Made by a program: the position numbers and the translations under genes. A stretch of DNA of 64,000 nucleotides from a virus, in IMG/VR virus record IMGVR_UViG_3300017963_000003, positions 1 through 64,000 of that record; one strand, 5' to 3'. How positions within the stretch are numbered: position 1 is the first letter of the stretch; the number at the start of each line of letters is the position of its first letter. Below are positions 47,929-57,953 of this stretch, piece by piece. Under the pieces are notes generated by a model. That model had not been told where the DNA came from. It made no database searches and was given only the letters and a program-made list of their open reading frames with translations.

Positions 47929-48534
47929 CTACAACAGAGGTCTCACCTTGGTGTAGACCATCGTTGCGTTGACTGAGACGATACGGTCTCCTTGCGCTTG
48001 CATGTTCCGACCCAGACTGGTGAACCAGCAACCCGAGTACCAGAGCTTCTCCACGCTCACTTCCATCCCCTGAGGGACGGCCCCGGTGTCGATACCATCG
48101 AGGTCGTTCTCGGTCCCGATACCCAGTGCACCCCCGACCTTAGTGTTGCCGAGAGTGTTGAGCATGCTGTCGCTGACCGACTGAAGCCACGGGGTGAACG
48201 GGGAGTCGTCCTTCTTCCCGTACCTGACCCATTTCTCCTCAACGTCGAACGGGTTGTGCTGGTCGGTGAGCATGTAGAGTGCCTTGTCGGTCCCCCAGAT
48301 CTCCTCCATCTTCTTCGTGAAGAGATCGTACCTCGCCACCTGAACGGTCTGGGAAGACGAGATGCCGGCAACGTGCTCGATGGGCGCCCCGAGACCGACA
48401 GCGTTGATCTCGTACTTCGGCTTGACGTCCCTCGCCTGGGAAGGAGCCCACGTCTGGATATGTCCGATGGTCTTCCCGCCCGCTCTGATAGAGATCGCAT
48501 GGCTAGTGCGTACTTGCGTGACGGGTACTGGCAT
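47929..48534 (-). CDS. Tail tube paralog 2 with an insertion of about 50 aa
   Basis: Clear paralog of 48542-48988 (RTSHAISI, IQTWAP, VQVARYDLF, GCWF..GRNMQAQGDRIV). Confidence 0.85.
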   Translation of the reverse strand: MPVPVTQVRTSHAISIRAGGKTIGHIQTWAPSQARDVKPKYEINAVGLGAPIEHVAGISSSQTVQVARYDLFTKKMEEIWGTDKALYMLTDQHNPFDVEEKWVRYGKKDDSPFTPWLQSVSDSMLNTLGNTKVGGALGIGTENDLDGIDTGAVPQGMEVSVEKLWYSGCWFTSLGRNMQAQGDRIVSVNATMVYTKVRPLL

Positions 48535-48541
48535 GTGAGGC

Positions 48542-48988
48542 CTAGAGCGGTCGGATCTTGACGTAGTTGAGGGTCGCGTTGACCATCACGATACGGTCGC
48601 CCTGAGCTTGCATGTTGCGACCGATCTGCGAGAACCAGCAACCCTCGTAGTGGTAGAACTCGGTAGCGCCGTCCGGGTTTCTCCACTTCTCGCGCAGCTC
48701 CAAGGGATTGAGCTGGTCGGACAGCATCCAGAGAGCCTTCGCCGTACCCCAGACCTCCTCCATCTTGGAAGCAAAGAGGTCGTAACGCGCCACCTGGACG
48801 GTCAGGCCGGTGATGTTCCCCGGAACGTTCTCCGTCACCTCACCACTCGTCTCCGACCGCAACTCGTACGTTGGCGTTATGGTACGAGACTGGTTGGGCG
48901 CCCACGTCTGGATCTGCCCAATGGGCACCCCTCCTGCCAGGATCGATATTGCATGGCTGGTGCGGATGTTTGTCTGCGGAACTGGCAT
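48542..48988 (-). CDS. Tail tube protein
   Basis: 148 aa directly after the sheath; tube-like beta pattern IGQIQTW...TYEL...ENVPG...YEGCWF. Confidence 0.85.
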   Translation of the reverse strand: MPVPQTNIRTSHAISILAGGVPIGQIQTWAPNQSRTITPTYELRSETSGEVTENVPGNITGLTVQVARYDLFASKMEEVWGTAKALWMLSDQLNPLELREKWRNPDGATEFYHYEGCWFSQIGRNMQAQGDRIVMVNATLNYVKIRPL

Positions 48989-49011
48989 CTCTTAGCCTCC
49001 TCCCCTCTCGC

Positions 49012-51513
49012 CTACGCTGCCACGCTGAAGAAGGGGTTGTCGACGGAGAACTCACCGAAGAACCGCTTGGCCGGGTACTTCAGGTTGTACCAGTACTTGA
49101 AGTAGAACGTCCTCGGATCGGTCGAGGACTGGTACACCTGGATGTCCGTGGTGGCGTCGATGTCCCTCGGGAGACCGGAAGAATCGCGGTAAGCCGCGAT
49201 GGAACCGTTGTTGATGTTCGCCAGGATACCGAGCAGAATCCACTTCTTGCAGTCTGTGATGAAGTCCGCGAGGTCGTCCGGAACGATACCCACAACGTTG
49301 CTCGTGAGCAACGTATCGACAGTCTTGGTGACAGCGTCCTTCTGCGCACTCGCTGAAGGCTCCTCGAACTGCACCACCTTGCCCCCGCCGGCCTCGGTGG
49401 TGAGAGGATCGAGCATGACGAAGCGACCTGCGTCGTAGGTGACTACGAGGACACCTTTGTCCGCCAGAGCGTGCCGCTCCCCGCGCAGGTAGGTCCCGAA
49501 ACCGTCAGCGGTGAAGCCGGTGATCTGGAGACCGATGAGCGCCGACGAGGGACTCGGGAGACCCGCATAGATGGACGCCACCGCCGCCGCGATGTAGGTC
49601 CCGTCTAGATCGACGTTGACCTCCTGTCCCGTATCCAGGGTGAGGGTACGGGTAGCGTTCGGCGGAGCGATAAGGTGCATGCGCCCGCGCCCCGGAGAGT
49701 TGTTGCCCGGCTGGAGCGTCTGGGTGGACGCGAAGATCAAGGTCCCCGGCGTATCGGGATCACCGACGTCGGTGTCCCTGGCCATGCCGAACCAGCCGCG
49801 ACGATAGTGCTTCTCCAGCATCGACGACTCGCTGGACACATGGTTCATCTGGTAAACCATCGTCTCCAGCGCCGTATCGAGGGTCAACACTTCGGTGATG
49901 TTGACGTACTCCTTGGCCACGTCGATAGCAGAGTTGATCTGGGTCTGCGTGGGAGAACCCGGCACCGTGGCATCGTTGACCTGGACCAAGTAGAGCGAAG
50001 ACGCTCCGTTCTCGAAAGCAATCTCACCTGCGATACACAGATGGTTGCGGATGTAGTTGCTCAGGTTGAGCTGCGTCGTATACGCGTAGAGCTGGTCGAC
50101 ATCGAAGACCCGGTGAGCGGTGGAGTAGTCCGTGGAAGGCCGGGTGTAGTCGTAAGTGCTGTAGAAGGAGGTCCCGTAAGCGGGACGCTGTCCGGTCCCG
50201 TTCACGATGTAGGGCTGCGTGATGTTGCCGAAGATGGTCGTGAAGGCGTCGGTGGCGTTCGACAGGAACATGATCGAGGACGCGGCGCCCTTCTCGGCCG
50301 GCGTGTTCTCGAACGCATCCGGAGCTGTCAGCACCACCGTGTTGCCCAACACCTGCGCCACATGGCTGAACTCGGGACCGTAGGCGGTAGCGATGCTGTT
50401 CAGTGCCGTGTTGATGTCATCCGCCACCGTGGTCACGTTGGTCGGAGCGCCTGGGGTTAGCGTAACCGCCACCTGGGTGAGACCGTTGATCTGGATGAGC
50501 AACTGGTCGTTCACGCCGGCCACAATCGTCGGAGGAGACGCAACGAAGTCAACCGAAGTCACCGTAGCCTGCGACCACGAAGTGGTGTCCCAATCAAGAT
50601 CGTTGGAAGCACCATTCTCGTAATCGTAGTTCTTGATGTAGTCGATACCGCCCGGATACGAACCCACGCTGACAATGTCGGACAGCGGCGTCGAAGTGCC
50701 GGCTCCGGACAGAGCGTCTGTGAGCGTCTCGATTGAGATGTACTCGATGGTGTAGGTGGCGGCGGAGTTGTAAGCGGCGTCAGCAACCGTGATGGACGTC
50801 GCGGCCTGCACCCCACCCGAAGCCGCCGGAACCCACGCAGCGTTTGAAATGATGGACGCGGCGTCTTCTTCCATCGACAGGAAGACCTTCACGTCACTGG
50901 CAGACTCCGTCGAGGGAGACGTGAGAGTGATGTACTTCTGCGTCACACCAGCGACCGCCGCTGCCACCGCAGAGTATGCAGCACCGTAAGTGCTGTAGTA
51001 GGTCCCCAAGGGATTACCCAACTCGTAGTTGACGTATGCCGCGACCTCGTCCGCAGTCGCCGTAGCAGGGGCCGCGATGATGCCAACCGGGGCAACACCG
51101 AAATCGATGGTCACCGCGCGCTTCCCATCGAGAGACACGGTGAAGTTGTGAGTACCGCCAGCGGTGGATACGTCCACCGTGGCAGCGCCCCACTCCGAGC
51201 CGGTCAAGACCGCCGGGTTGAACGACCAATCTCCGAGACCCAGCTCGTTGTCGTTCATATACAGGACGGCCTCGTTGCGGGATCTGTTCGAAGCGTTCGA
51301 CAGAGTAGCCGTATGAGGGCTAGAAGACGCCACGGTCAAGGTCTCGTCGTACACCTTTCCGCGAACGATCTCCTCGTCGACGCTACGACGAGTCCGGGGC
51401 GCAATCCCGACCAGAGCGAGCGTTCTCTCGGACGTCACCGAAACGGAACCCGGAGTGATTACCTCCGAGATATATACGCCAGGGTCAACGTATCGTGAAA
51501 TCGAGATTGCCAT
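49012..51513 (-). CDS. Contractile tail sheath protein with inserted domains
   Basis: N-terminal YVDPGVYISE; C-terminal YIAAAVA, GVLVV, DPLTT, FYFKYWYNLKYPAKRFFGEFSV. Confidence 0.92.
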   Translation of the reverse strand: MAISISRYVDPGVYISEVITPGSVSVTSERTLALVGIAPRTRRSVDEEIVRGKVYDETLTVASSSPHTATLSNASNRSRNEAVLYMNDNELGLGDWSFNPAVLTGSEWGAATVDVSTAGGTHNFTVSLDGKRAVTIDFGVAPVGIIAAPATATADEVAAYVNYELGNPLGTYYSTYGAAYSAVAAAVAGVTQKYITLTSPSTESASDVKVFLSMEEDAASIISNAAWVPAASGGVQAATSITVADAAYNSAATYTIEYISIETLTDALSGAGTSTPLSDIVSVGSYPGGIDYIKNYDYENGASNDLDWDTTSWSQATVTSVDFVASPPTIVAGVNDQLLIQINGLTQVAVTLTPGAPTNVTTVADDINTALNSIATAYGPEFSHVAQVLGNTVVLTAPDAFENTPAEKGAASSIMFLSNATDAFTTIFGNITQPYIVNGTGQRPAYGTSFYSTYDYTRPSTDYSTAHRVFDVDQLYAYTTQLNLSNYIRNHLCIAGEIAFENGASSLYLVQVNDATVPGSPTQTQINSAIDVAKEYVNITEVLTLDTALETMVYQMNHVSSESSMLEKHYRRGWFGMARDTDVGDPDTPGTLIFASTQTLQPGNNSPGRGRMHLIAPPNATRTLTLDTGQEVNVDLDGTYIAAAVASIYAGLPSPSSALIGLQITGFTADGFGTYLRGERHALADKGVLVVTYDAGRFVMLDPLTTEAGGGKVVQFEEPSASAQKDAVTKTVDTLLTSNVVGIVPDDLADFITDCKKWILLGILANINNGSIAAYRDSSGLPRDIDATTDIQVYQSSTDPRTFYFKYWYNLKYPAKRFFGEFSVDNPFFSVAA

Positions 51514-51544
51514 CTGGAATCCTCCCTTAGATTCGTTGTGACCT

Positions 51545-51575
51545 AGTATAGCGTGCCCGGCCTCGGGATTCTAAA
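51545..51575 (-). promoter_or_regulatory. Putative late promoter, TTTAGAATCCC-N14-TATACT
   Basis: Intergenic, upstream of the sheath gene and its GGGAGG SD. Confidence 0.75.
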
Positions 51576-51584
51576 GACAAGGGG

Positions 51585-52742
51585 TCAACCTATCTTCAAG
51601 TAATTGGCACCGAAATAGTCCCCTTGGGGCAGCTCCTCGGTACTCACCAGATCCGTCTCGCGGATAAAGGTGTACTCGCCTCTGTTGAAGGGCCGATCCA
51701 CGAAGTCCGCCGTCACCACAGGCACGCTACCCCGGATGGAGTGGATAAACGCCTGCTGCTCTCCGCCCTGTCGGGGTACGTTGTACTCGCCAGCCCAGGT
51801 GAATTCTCTCTTCAAGATGATCTGGAACCACTCCGGAGGGCTCAACTCGGGGTCGTCGTATGAACGCCCGAGCATCTGGAAGAACTGACGTGACATGTAA
51901 AAAGTGAAAAAATCGTACACCAGATCGGCCAAAGCCGTACGGGTGTTCAAGCTGTCCGCGACCACATCGATGTTGATGGTGAGATCGGCAGCCACGGCAT
52001 ACCTACGATACGGAGGGTTGACCTCGTAGTCGAGGTACGTGACGTACTGACCGGTCTTGTACCCCAACGCCAACAAGCAATCAGGGGTACCTCCGATGAC
52101 CTCCATAGCGTTCGGAGTTCCGTGAGCGGCAGGTCCCCCGCTGACGATCTGAAGCTGTCCGGTACCGTTCTTCTGCGCGTGAGTATACAGGACCTGGGCG
52201 TTGATGGCTTGGATGACATCGTCCACCGTAGCGCTGTGGATATCCGGGAACAGGATGTCCTCGAACAGAATCACAGTATCCACAGGATCGTTGTCCAGCC
52301 CGAGAGGCCACGTACGGATATGAAGCTCCCACCCCGGTGAGAGGTCGTAAGGACCCCCATTCTCAGCGGTCAGGCGAGGAAGAGTCTGATTCGTCACCGC
52401 GTGAACATCACCAAGACCCAACGCCTTCTCTTTGGCGTTGGCAGACGTAATCACCACCATCGGAAACTTGTCCGGAGTGTCCCCAAAGCTCATGATGAAG
52501 TTCATCACGGTCTCCATGGACTGCGTGGTGTTGTTGGTTCCCATGTGAGCGAACTTCTCGATGGCCGGGAACTCTCCGATCTTAGCCCGGATGTCATCCG
52601 AACGGTAATCGAAGAAACGACGAATCTCGGACGCGAAGGCGTCCTTGGTCGTCTCGATCAGCTGACCAAACCTGGGCGGATCGTCAGGATCGAACGGCTG
52701 CGTGGGTCGGTACTCGCGCGGCCCTGAGAAGTCATCAACCAT
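51585..52742 (-). CDS. Probable tail terminator / completion protein
   Basis: Directly before the sheath; FPMVVITS...LTINIDVVADSLNTRTALADLV pattern with an inserted domain. Confidence 0.6.
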   Translation of the reverse strand: MVDDFSGPREYRPTQPFDPDDPPRFGQLIETTKDAFASEIRRFFDYRSDDIRAKIGEFPAIEKFAHMGTNNTTQSMETVMNFIMSFGDTPDKFPMVVITSANAKEKALGLGDVHAVTNQTLPRLTAENGGPYDLSPGWELHIRTWPLGLDNDPVDTVILFEDILFPDIHSATVDDVIQAINAQVLYTHAQKNGTGQLQIVSGGPAAHGTPNAMEVIGGTPDCLLALGYKTGQYVTYLDYEVNPPYRRYAVAADLTINIDVVADSLNTRTALADLVYDFFTFYMSRQFFQMLGRSYDDPELSPPEWFQIILKREFTWAGEYNVPRQGGEQQAFIHSIRGSVPVVTADFVDRPFNRGEYTFIRETDLVSTEELPQGDYFGANYLKIG

Positions 52743-53458
52743 TAGGCCCTCTCGTCCATATCCGGATCATACGTGTACGGGCGCATGTACTCGTCCCTCA
52801 GGGTATCCATGGCATCCCGCCAGTCGGACTCCTGCTGCTCCAGCGCGCGAACCCTCCGAGCCACCTCGGAGGTGTCGACCCCGAACATCTTGGCTGCGAT
52901 GTGGATCGACAGCCCCCGACCCTGATCCCGAGCAGCCATGTCCTGTAGAGCCCACGCCGCAGCGTCCTCTACAGGATCGGTAGACGCGTACTTCTCCTCC
53001 ATCTCGTTGAGATGAGTGTAGTACTTGGGGTCCTCGACCAGGTGGTCGAGGGCGATCTCCAGCGCGAGCTTGGGGTCGTCGGTGTGCTCCATCTCCACGC
53101 GAACACCCTCGAAGACCTGACACAGGCAGAAATCGCTCGGGTACATATCGTCCCCGAGACCACCGTCGAGACGATCACCTTCAGCGGCACGACGACGGAG
53201 CGCAACCTTGATCATCGAGTCCAGGTACCCAAGCACCTTCTCTGCGTTGTGCTCGTACGCCAACTCGTAGATCTCCTCAACGTCAGCCCCGGCATCCATG
53301 AGCCGGTCAACGTAGCTCACATCGTCGGACATCACAGCATCCCAGAGGTACTGGTGGTACTCCGGAGGAAGGGCGGCTTTGCGCTTCTCCATGAAAGACG
53401 CCATGCGGACTTCCGCACCCTCCAAGAAACCGCGCTTCATCAGGCTTCGAGTGAACAT
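52742..53458 (-). CDS. Protein with a DUF5661-like segment and a short ankyrin-like helical segment
   Basis: GVRVEMEHTDDPKLALEIALDHLVEDPKYYTHL; LWDAVMSDDVSYVDRLMDAGADV. Confidence 0.7.
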   Translation of the reverse strand: MFTRSLMKRGFLEGAEVRMASFMEKRKAALPPEYHQYLWDAVMSDDVSYVDRLMDAGADVEEIYELAYEHNAEKVLGYLDSMIKVALRRRAAEGDRLDGGLGDDMYPSDFCLCQVFEGVRVEMEHTDDPKLALEIALDHLVEDPKYYTHLNEMEEKYASTDPVEDAAAWALQDMAARDQGRGLSIHIAAKMFGVDTSEVARRVRALEQQESDWRDAMDTLRDEYMRPYTYDPDMDERA

Positions 53459-53467
53459 TCTGTCCTC

Positions 53468-54580
53468 CTACCAAACGAGACTCATGGGCTCGACCGGGTC
53501 TGCAATACGAATCTTGAACGTCTGTGACGTGATGATGTACCCAAAGGGATCGGAGTTCTTCCAGGTCGTGGTCACGTACCGGTTGCCTGCACGCGCGCCA
53601 TCGAGAACCTCGATCAGCACGTTCGGACCCTTGATCATCTCTTCCTCGCTCCCCACGGTGATCGTGGGATCGAACAAGGACAATCCGGCTGTCCAGAACT
53701 CCAACCCGTCCTCCAGCGGGATGTCACCGTACTCCTGCTTCTTGTACCCCGTCGTCGGAGGCTCTCGCATGATGAGAATCCAGGGACCCATCCTGTAGGA
53801 GCCGCCAACGTCCTCCCTGCTGAGAGCGATGGTGGCGTACCTGGCCCGGACGACCTCGAAAAAAGGCGACAGAACGTTCGCGGTATCCCTGGTCAAGGTA
53901 GCCCGGAAACGGATGTTGCCGCTGCTCGGGTTGACCGTCAGCAAGTCACAGATCGGGCTCCAGCTACCGCCAGAGTCCAGAGAGAACTCCACAACGACGT
54001 CAGAGACGCCGTCCTCGCGCACCAGAGACCAGTAGTCGGCTTCCCAGGTAGAACCCAGGACGTCACGGATAAACGGCTTGTCAGCGCTCTCGATAGTACC
54101 TGAGAGTGCATCATCTACGAGTTCGAGCTTGGCCGATTTGAAATTCTTGGACAGGCGCAGGTTCGTCAACGTCGCGTCAACGTCCATGCCGGTCATCCAG
54201 AGGGTTTCGTAGCCGAACTTGAAGAACCCAGGAACCTTTCCCACTCCGTGACAGGCAGAGCACTTCCGATCCGGTTGCTGGTTCGACTCCTTGTAGCACC
54301 CGCACTTGACGCCGTCCTCGACACCCTGCCAGAGATCAGCACGAATACTACCGGCGAGAATCTGCTCGATCAGGAGCGCCCTCTCCTTGGAGAGTTGCTG
54401 CTCACCGAAGACGTGGGAATGAATGTCGCGACCCCAGTAGCCGACGGCCATGTGTCCCAGGTCCATACAACCCGGACGCTTCGGCCCGCACACACCTTGG
54501 TCGCCGTCACCGTTGCCGTTCGAGCCGTTCCCGTTTCCGGAACCGTTGCCGTTAAGGCCACTGGGAGTACACGTGGTCAC
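53468..54580 (-). CDS. Probable head closure / neck protein
   Basis: KCGCY...CSACHGVG..PG zinc motif and C-terminal NVLIEV..G.RY.TTT typical of large-phage neck proteins; Gly/Asn-rich N-terminus. Confidence 0.55.
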   Translation of the reverse strand: MTTCTPSGLNGNGSGNGNGSNGNGDGDQGVCGPKRPGCMDLGHMAVGYWGRDIHSHVFGEQQLSKERALLIEQILAGSIRADLWQGVEDGVKCGCYKESNQQPDRKCSACHGVGKVPGFFKFGYETLWMTGMDVDATLTNLRLSKNFKSAKLELVDDALSGTIESADKPFIRDVLGSTWEADYWSLVREDGVSDVVVEFSLDSGGSWSPICDLLTVNPSSGNIRFRATLTRDTANVLSPFFEVVRARYATIALSREDVGGSYRMGPWILIMREPPTTGYKKQEYGDIPLEDGLEFWTAGLSLFDPTITVGSEEEMIKGPNVLIEVLDGARAGNRYVTTTWKNSDPFGYIITSQTFKIRIADPVEPMSLVW

Positions 54581-54759
54581 CGTCCCTCCAAAAGCTCCTC
54601 GAACAACTCATCGAGCGGCCGACCCTGTCCGCCGTCGTACTCATCGATCAGCTTCCGCCACCGTCCATCATCGAAAAGGTTGACCGTCTTCTGGTTGTCC
54701 TTCTTGGCAGGATCGAAGAGGTCTGCTCGGATCTCTTCGGTCATCAGCTCGAACTCCAC
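54577..54759 (-). CDS. Small hypothetical protein
   Basis: About 55-60 aa, acidic, filling the gap with coupled overlaps; the start may be ATG 54744. Confidence 0.5.
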   Translation of the reverse strand: MEFELMTEEIRADLFDPAKKDNQKTVNLFDDGRWRKLIDEYDGGQGRPLDELFEELLEGR

Positions 54760-55652
54760 AGGTTACGGAACAAGGACCCTGGAGGTGCACTGGCCAGCAT
54801 CATCGAGAACGCCATGTCCATACGAACCTCGACACCTATGGTACCGGAGTTGATGAAGTGTCGCTTGAAGTTGGGAACACGCTCCTCCAGCTCAGCGCGG
54901 AGCTGCTGGATGTACCCCGCCAGAGGCGTGGCGTGTTGCAGAACAAAGCTGTGACCGGAATCCGAGAAGTTCGGAACGTCGGTGTCGATGGAGAACAGGA
55001 GCTGACTCGTGATTCCCTGGTAGAGCGCAGCCCGGAGTAGGATGTCCGAATGCAGCTCAATGGGGAAGTAATCGATATTGTGCCACATCGGATAGGGCTG
55101 GAAGGTGTTGATGTACGCCAACCCCAGCTTGAGGAAGAGAGCCAGCATGCCGTCGGTGTACCCGATGAAGCAGTACTTCTCTGGCAGGTTGGGCTTGACC
55201 GTCTTGTCGATGAGCAAACGAAGAGCCGGCAGCAACGACAAGGTTCTCGGCGTAACCACCTCTACAACCTGCGTACGGTATGCATCCTCGGAGGTAGCGT
55301 TCTGCCGCGAGTGCCAATTGAACAACAACGTCTGCGCCGTGTCCGTCTCGCCGTCCTCGGAACCAAACCTGAGATAGTACTTTCCCGTAGTGAGGTTCTT
55401 CAAACGCCGTTGATCGGGATCGGCCAACGGCGGGTTGTAGGCCTCGGAGTAGATGACGTTGCCGCCAACATCCGTGACCTCGACCTCCAGCTCGCCTTTG
55501 GGATCTCCAGCCGCGTCAACACCCGTCTCAATGTCAATGACGGACCCCGTGGAGTCTTGCAGCTCTATGTCTATTCGACGCACCGCATTCGTACGAACAA
55601 GCTCCGTCATGTTCGCCACGGACGGGTGCTCAGCTCCGGGCTGGATGATCAA
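54744..55652 (-). CDS. Probable head-tail adaptor with N-terminal Ig-like domain
   Basis: GKYYLRF..LLFNW beta domain followed by LRLLIDK...YTDGMLALFL.LGL..IN..P adaptor-like helices. Confidence 0.55.
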   Translation of the reverse strand: MIIQPGAEHPSVANMTELVRTNAVRRIDIELQDSTGSVIDIETGVDAAGDPKGELEVEVTDVGGNVIYSEAYNPPLADPDQRRLKNLTTGKYYLRFGSEDGETDTAQTLLFNWHSRQNATSEDAYRTQVVEVVTPRTLSLLPALRLLIDKTVKPNLPEKYCFIGYTDGMLALFLKLGLAYINTFQPYPMWHNIDYFPIELHSDILLRAALYQGITSQLLFSIDTDVPNFSDSGHSFVLQHATPLAGYIQQLRAELEERVPNFKRHFINSGTIGVEVRMDMAFSMMLASAPPGSLFRNLWSSS

Positions 55653-55653
55653 C

Positions 55654-56040
55654 CTACTCTCCTACGATCAGGACGTACACGTTCGCGTCGAGGACACCAG
55701 GATTGGTGATCTCCAACGCTGTCAAGGTCGCGCCGTTCCACATGATGAAACCGCCCTCAGCGAGGTTAAAGACCTCCGTGCCGCCATTGACCTTGTACGT
55801 GACCGCCTTGTCGGTCCCCACATAGACGAACTTGCCGTCCGCGACGGTACCGAAGTTCACCGGCTGGATACCGGCAGGCGCGATGGTGTACTCGAACACC
55901 ACCTTCTCGGCGTAAGTCACCTCAACGCCAGTGTCAGAGTCGTCAGGGGTCACTTCCGGGGTTCCGATGATGATCGGCGTGGTGGAACCGCCCGGAGAGT
56001 TCGGAAGGGTCATGCGCCCCGTCACCGCCAGAGTTGCCAT
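55654..56040 (-). CDS. Small beta-rich structural protein
   Basis: 128 aa; AGGAGA SD; located in the head/neck cluster. Confidence 0.65.
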   Translation of the reverse strand: MATLAVTGRMTLPNSPGGSTTPIIIGTPEVTPDDSDTGVEVTYAEKVVFEYTIAPAGIQPVNFGTVADGKFVYVGTDKAVTYKVNGGTEVFNLAEGGFIMWNGATLTALEITNPGVLDANVYVLIVGE

Positions 56041-56052
56041 GTCGTGTCTCCT

Positions 56053-56505
56053 CTATCTCGTTTCGGCCAAACCGAAATTCAAACCCACAGCGAGCGCAGC
56101 AGCACCCACAAAACCGACACTGAACCAAAGAATGGGAGATCGATACCACTTCCGCAAAGACTCGATCTCGCTCTCGTAGTAGTCTTGCTGAGCCTCTGTC
56201 ACCGAGACCTGATCGTTGAAAGCCTTTTCCCACTTGCCGGAGATCTTCTCAGTGATCTCTATGTCACGCTTCAGCAGTAACGTGTAGTCCTCGAACTTCT
56301 CAACCTTCAGCTCCAGCTTCGATACCTTGAGACGGAGCGGAGGAAGCTCCTTGAGGTCCTTGAGCATCCGGGTCGCGCTCTCTTCGGGGAACCAGAAACC
56401 CGGATGGCCCTCGTGCTCCAGCTCGACACTCTCCACGTCCTCCGCGAGAACAACTGACGGTGTCAGCAGGGTGATGAAGACGAAGACGAGAAGGAGCAGC
56501 CTCAT
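56053..56505 (-). CDS. Exported coiled-coil protein with C-terminal TM (spanin-like candidate)
   Basis: N-terminal signal peptide without a lipobox Cys, a coiled coil, and C-terminal KWYRSPILWFSVGFVGAAALAVGL. Confidence 0.6.
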   Translation of the reverse strand: MRLLLLVFVFITLLTPSVVLAEDVESVELEHEGHPGFWFPEESATRMLKDLKELPPLRLKVSKLELKVEKFEDYTLLLKRDIEITEKISGKWEKAFNDQVSVTEAQQDYYESEIESLRKWYRSPILWFSVGFVGAAALAVGLNFGLAETR

Positions 56506-56510
56506 GGCGA

Positions 56511-56816
56511 CTAAAGACCCTTAGGGGCACCGGACGGTGTCGTGTCTATCGCAGTGAACTCTTCCACGATGCGCTCTACGGCATCCAACCGCTCAGAGGC
56601 TTCCTCGTGTTTCCCCTCATCAGCGAGCCTGTGCGCCTGGTCCCAAGCGTCCCACGCCATATCGTACCAGTACCCACCCGTATCGAGGAGCCGGTCCTCT
56701 ATCGCCGCCAGCTCCTCTTTCCAGTAGTGAAGAGAATCCCACGCCAGGTATTCTTCCTGCGCGGTCTTGCTGGCAATACGATAAAGGGAATCATCGCTGA
56801 AAGTGGTATTCCTCAT
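56511..56816 (-). CDS. Hypothetical acidic helical protein
   Basis: 101 aa between the two membrane genes. Confidence 0.6.
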   Translation of the reverse strand: MRNTTFSDDSLYRIASKTAQEEYLAWDSLHYWKEELAAIEDRLLDTGGYWYDMAWDAWDQAHRLADEGKHEEASERLDAVERIVEEFTAIDTTPSGAPKGL

Positions 56817-56817
56817 G

Positions 56818-57168
56818 CTAGTACCTCAGCTTTCTGAACTCTTCGAGCTTCTCCTTCGAAGAGAGACGGTCTACCTCGTCCCGCTCGTTCTTAATCTTCT
56901 CGTTGAGCTTCTCAATGTCTGCATCAATGGCTTTGATCTCTTCCTCTACGTCGCCCTCGCGCTCGCGAATGATGTCGCGCTTCCCTTCGAGACGCGCAAC
57001 CTCTCGCTCGGCCTTGAGCACCTTAACCTTGTGCTGCTGAATGAGGCGCTTCTTCTGATCTCGGATAATGGTCGCCCCGAAAAACGCAGCGAAAAGGAGC
57101 ACGACAGTACCCGCGATCCACTCCCAGTTACGCTTCAACCAGCGCCAAGCTTTCTTCAGCCAAGACAT
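56818..57168 (-). CDS. N-terminal TM + coiled-coil protein (i-spanin-like candidate)
   Basis: WLKKAWRWLKRNWEWIAGTVVLLFAAFFGA followed by a long heptad region. Confidence 0.6.
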   Translation of the reverse strand: MSWLKKAWRWLKRNWEWIAGTVVLLFAAFFGATIIRDQKKRLIQQHKVKVLKAEREVARLEGKRDIIREREGDVEEEIKAIDADIEKLNEKIKNERDEVDRLSSKEKLEEFRKLRY

Positions 57169-57950
57169 CAGCGGTTACGACCAACAGCGTCCTCTGCACC
57201 TTCAAGTCCCTCAACAATCAGTTCCAGCGCGTCCCAGTCATTCAGCATATAGTGCACAGAGTAATCCAGAAGATTCTGCGCGTAAAACAACGCTTCCGGG
57301 GCCGTCAAATTGGCCGTATGCGCGTTCCTATTGATGAATCTGGAAATATAGCTCAAGAGTTCCGTCCAGTCCAAAACCCCAGGGACTCCGCCATGCATAA
57401 GAGCGTCTACGCGATCCTCGTCCATGACAGGAGCGTCCTCCTGCGCCACTCTATCGAGAGACCTTCCACCCTTACGTTCGTGCGGTCGCTGACCGTAGAT
57501 GTCGCTCTGGCAATACGGACATTCTCCGTACTCCTCCAGCTCACCGCTCCACTCCCCGCAATACGGACACCGACGCTCCTCCTCTGACTCCTCGTGCTGG
57601 CGCTCCGCCTCTTCGAGCCAGTCACCCCACGACGAGATGAAAAAACCCTCCGCGTCCGTATACATCAGGGTAGGGACATAGGTATCTCCGGCGTTGAGAT
57701 AAAGGACCTCCTGATCCCTGAGAGGGCCGCCGCTCTCGTACGGCAGCACCTCCACGCCGAAACTCATGACGTCATTCTCGTTCAGGTATTTATCCGCCTC
57801 TTCGAGCGCCGCATGCGGAGGAAGAGCACTCTCCTCGACGATCCCCAGAGCCTCGTTCAACACACGCAACTCATCGCCATGTCCGGCGCGCTTGGGTCCG
57901 TACTGCTTGGCCAGCCGCTTCAACCCGGCATCCTTGATCGCACGTTCCAT
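57168..57950 (-). CDS. Hypothetical multi-module protein with zinc ribbon
   Basis: SFGVEVL...YLNAGDTYVPTLMY...SSWGDWLE module followed by CPYC...CPYC. Confidence 0.7.
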   Translation of the reverse strand: MERAIKDAGLKRLAKQYGPKRAGHGDELRVLNEALGIVEESALPPHAALEEADKYLNENDVMSFGVEVLPYESGGPLRDQEVLYLNAGDTYVPTLMYTDAEGFFISSWGDWLEEAERQHEESEEERRCPYCGEWSGELEEYGECPYCQSDIYGQRPHERKGGRSLDRVAQEDAPVMDEDRVDALMHGGVPGVLDWTELLSYISRFINRNAHTANLTAPEALFYAQNLLDYSVHYMLNDWDALELIVEGLEGAEDAVGRNR

Positions 57951-57953
57951 GAC

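Noticed and set aside
47333-48031. Track start at 48031 for the chaperone
   Set aside because: It overlaps the tube paralog by about 100 nt; GTG 47869 has a far better SD.
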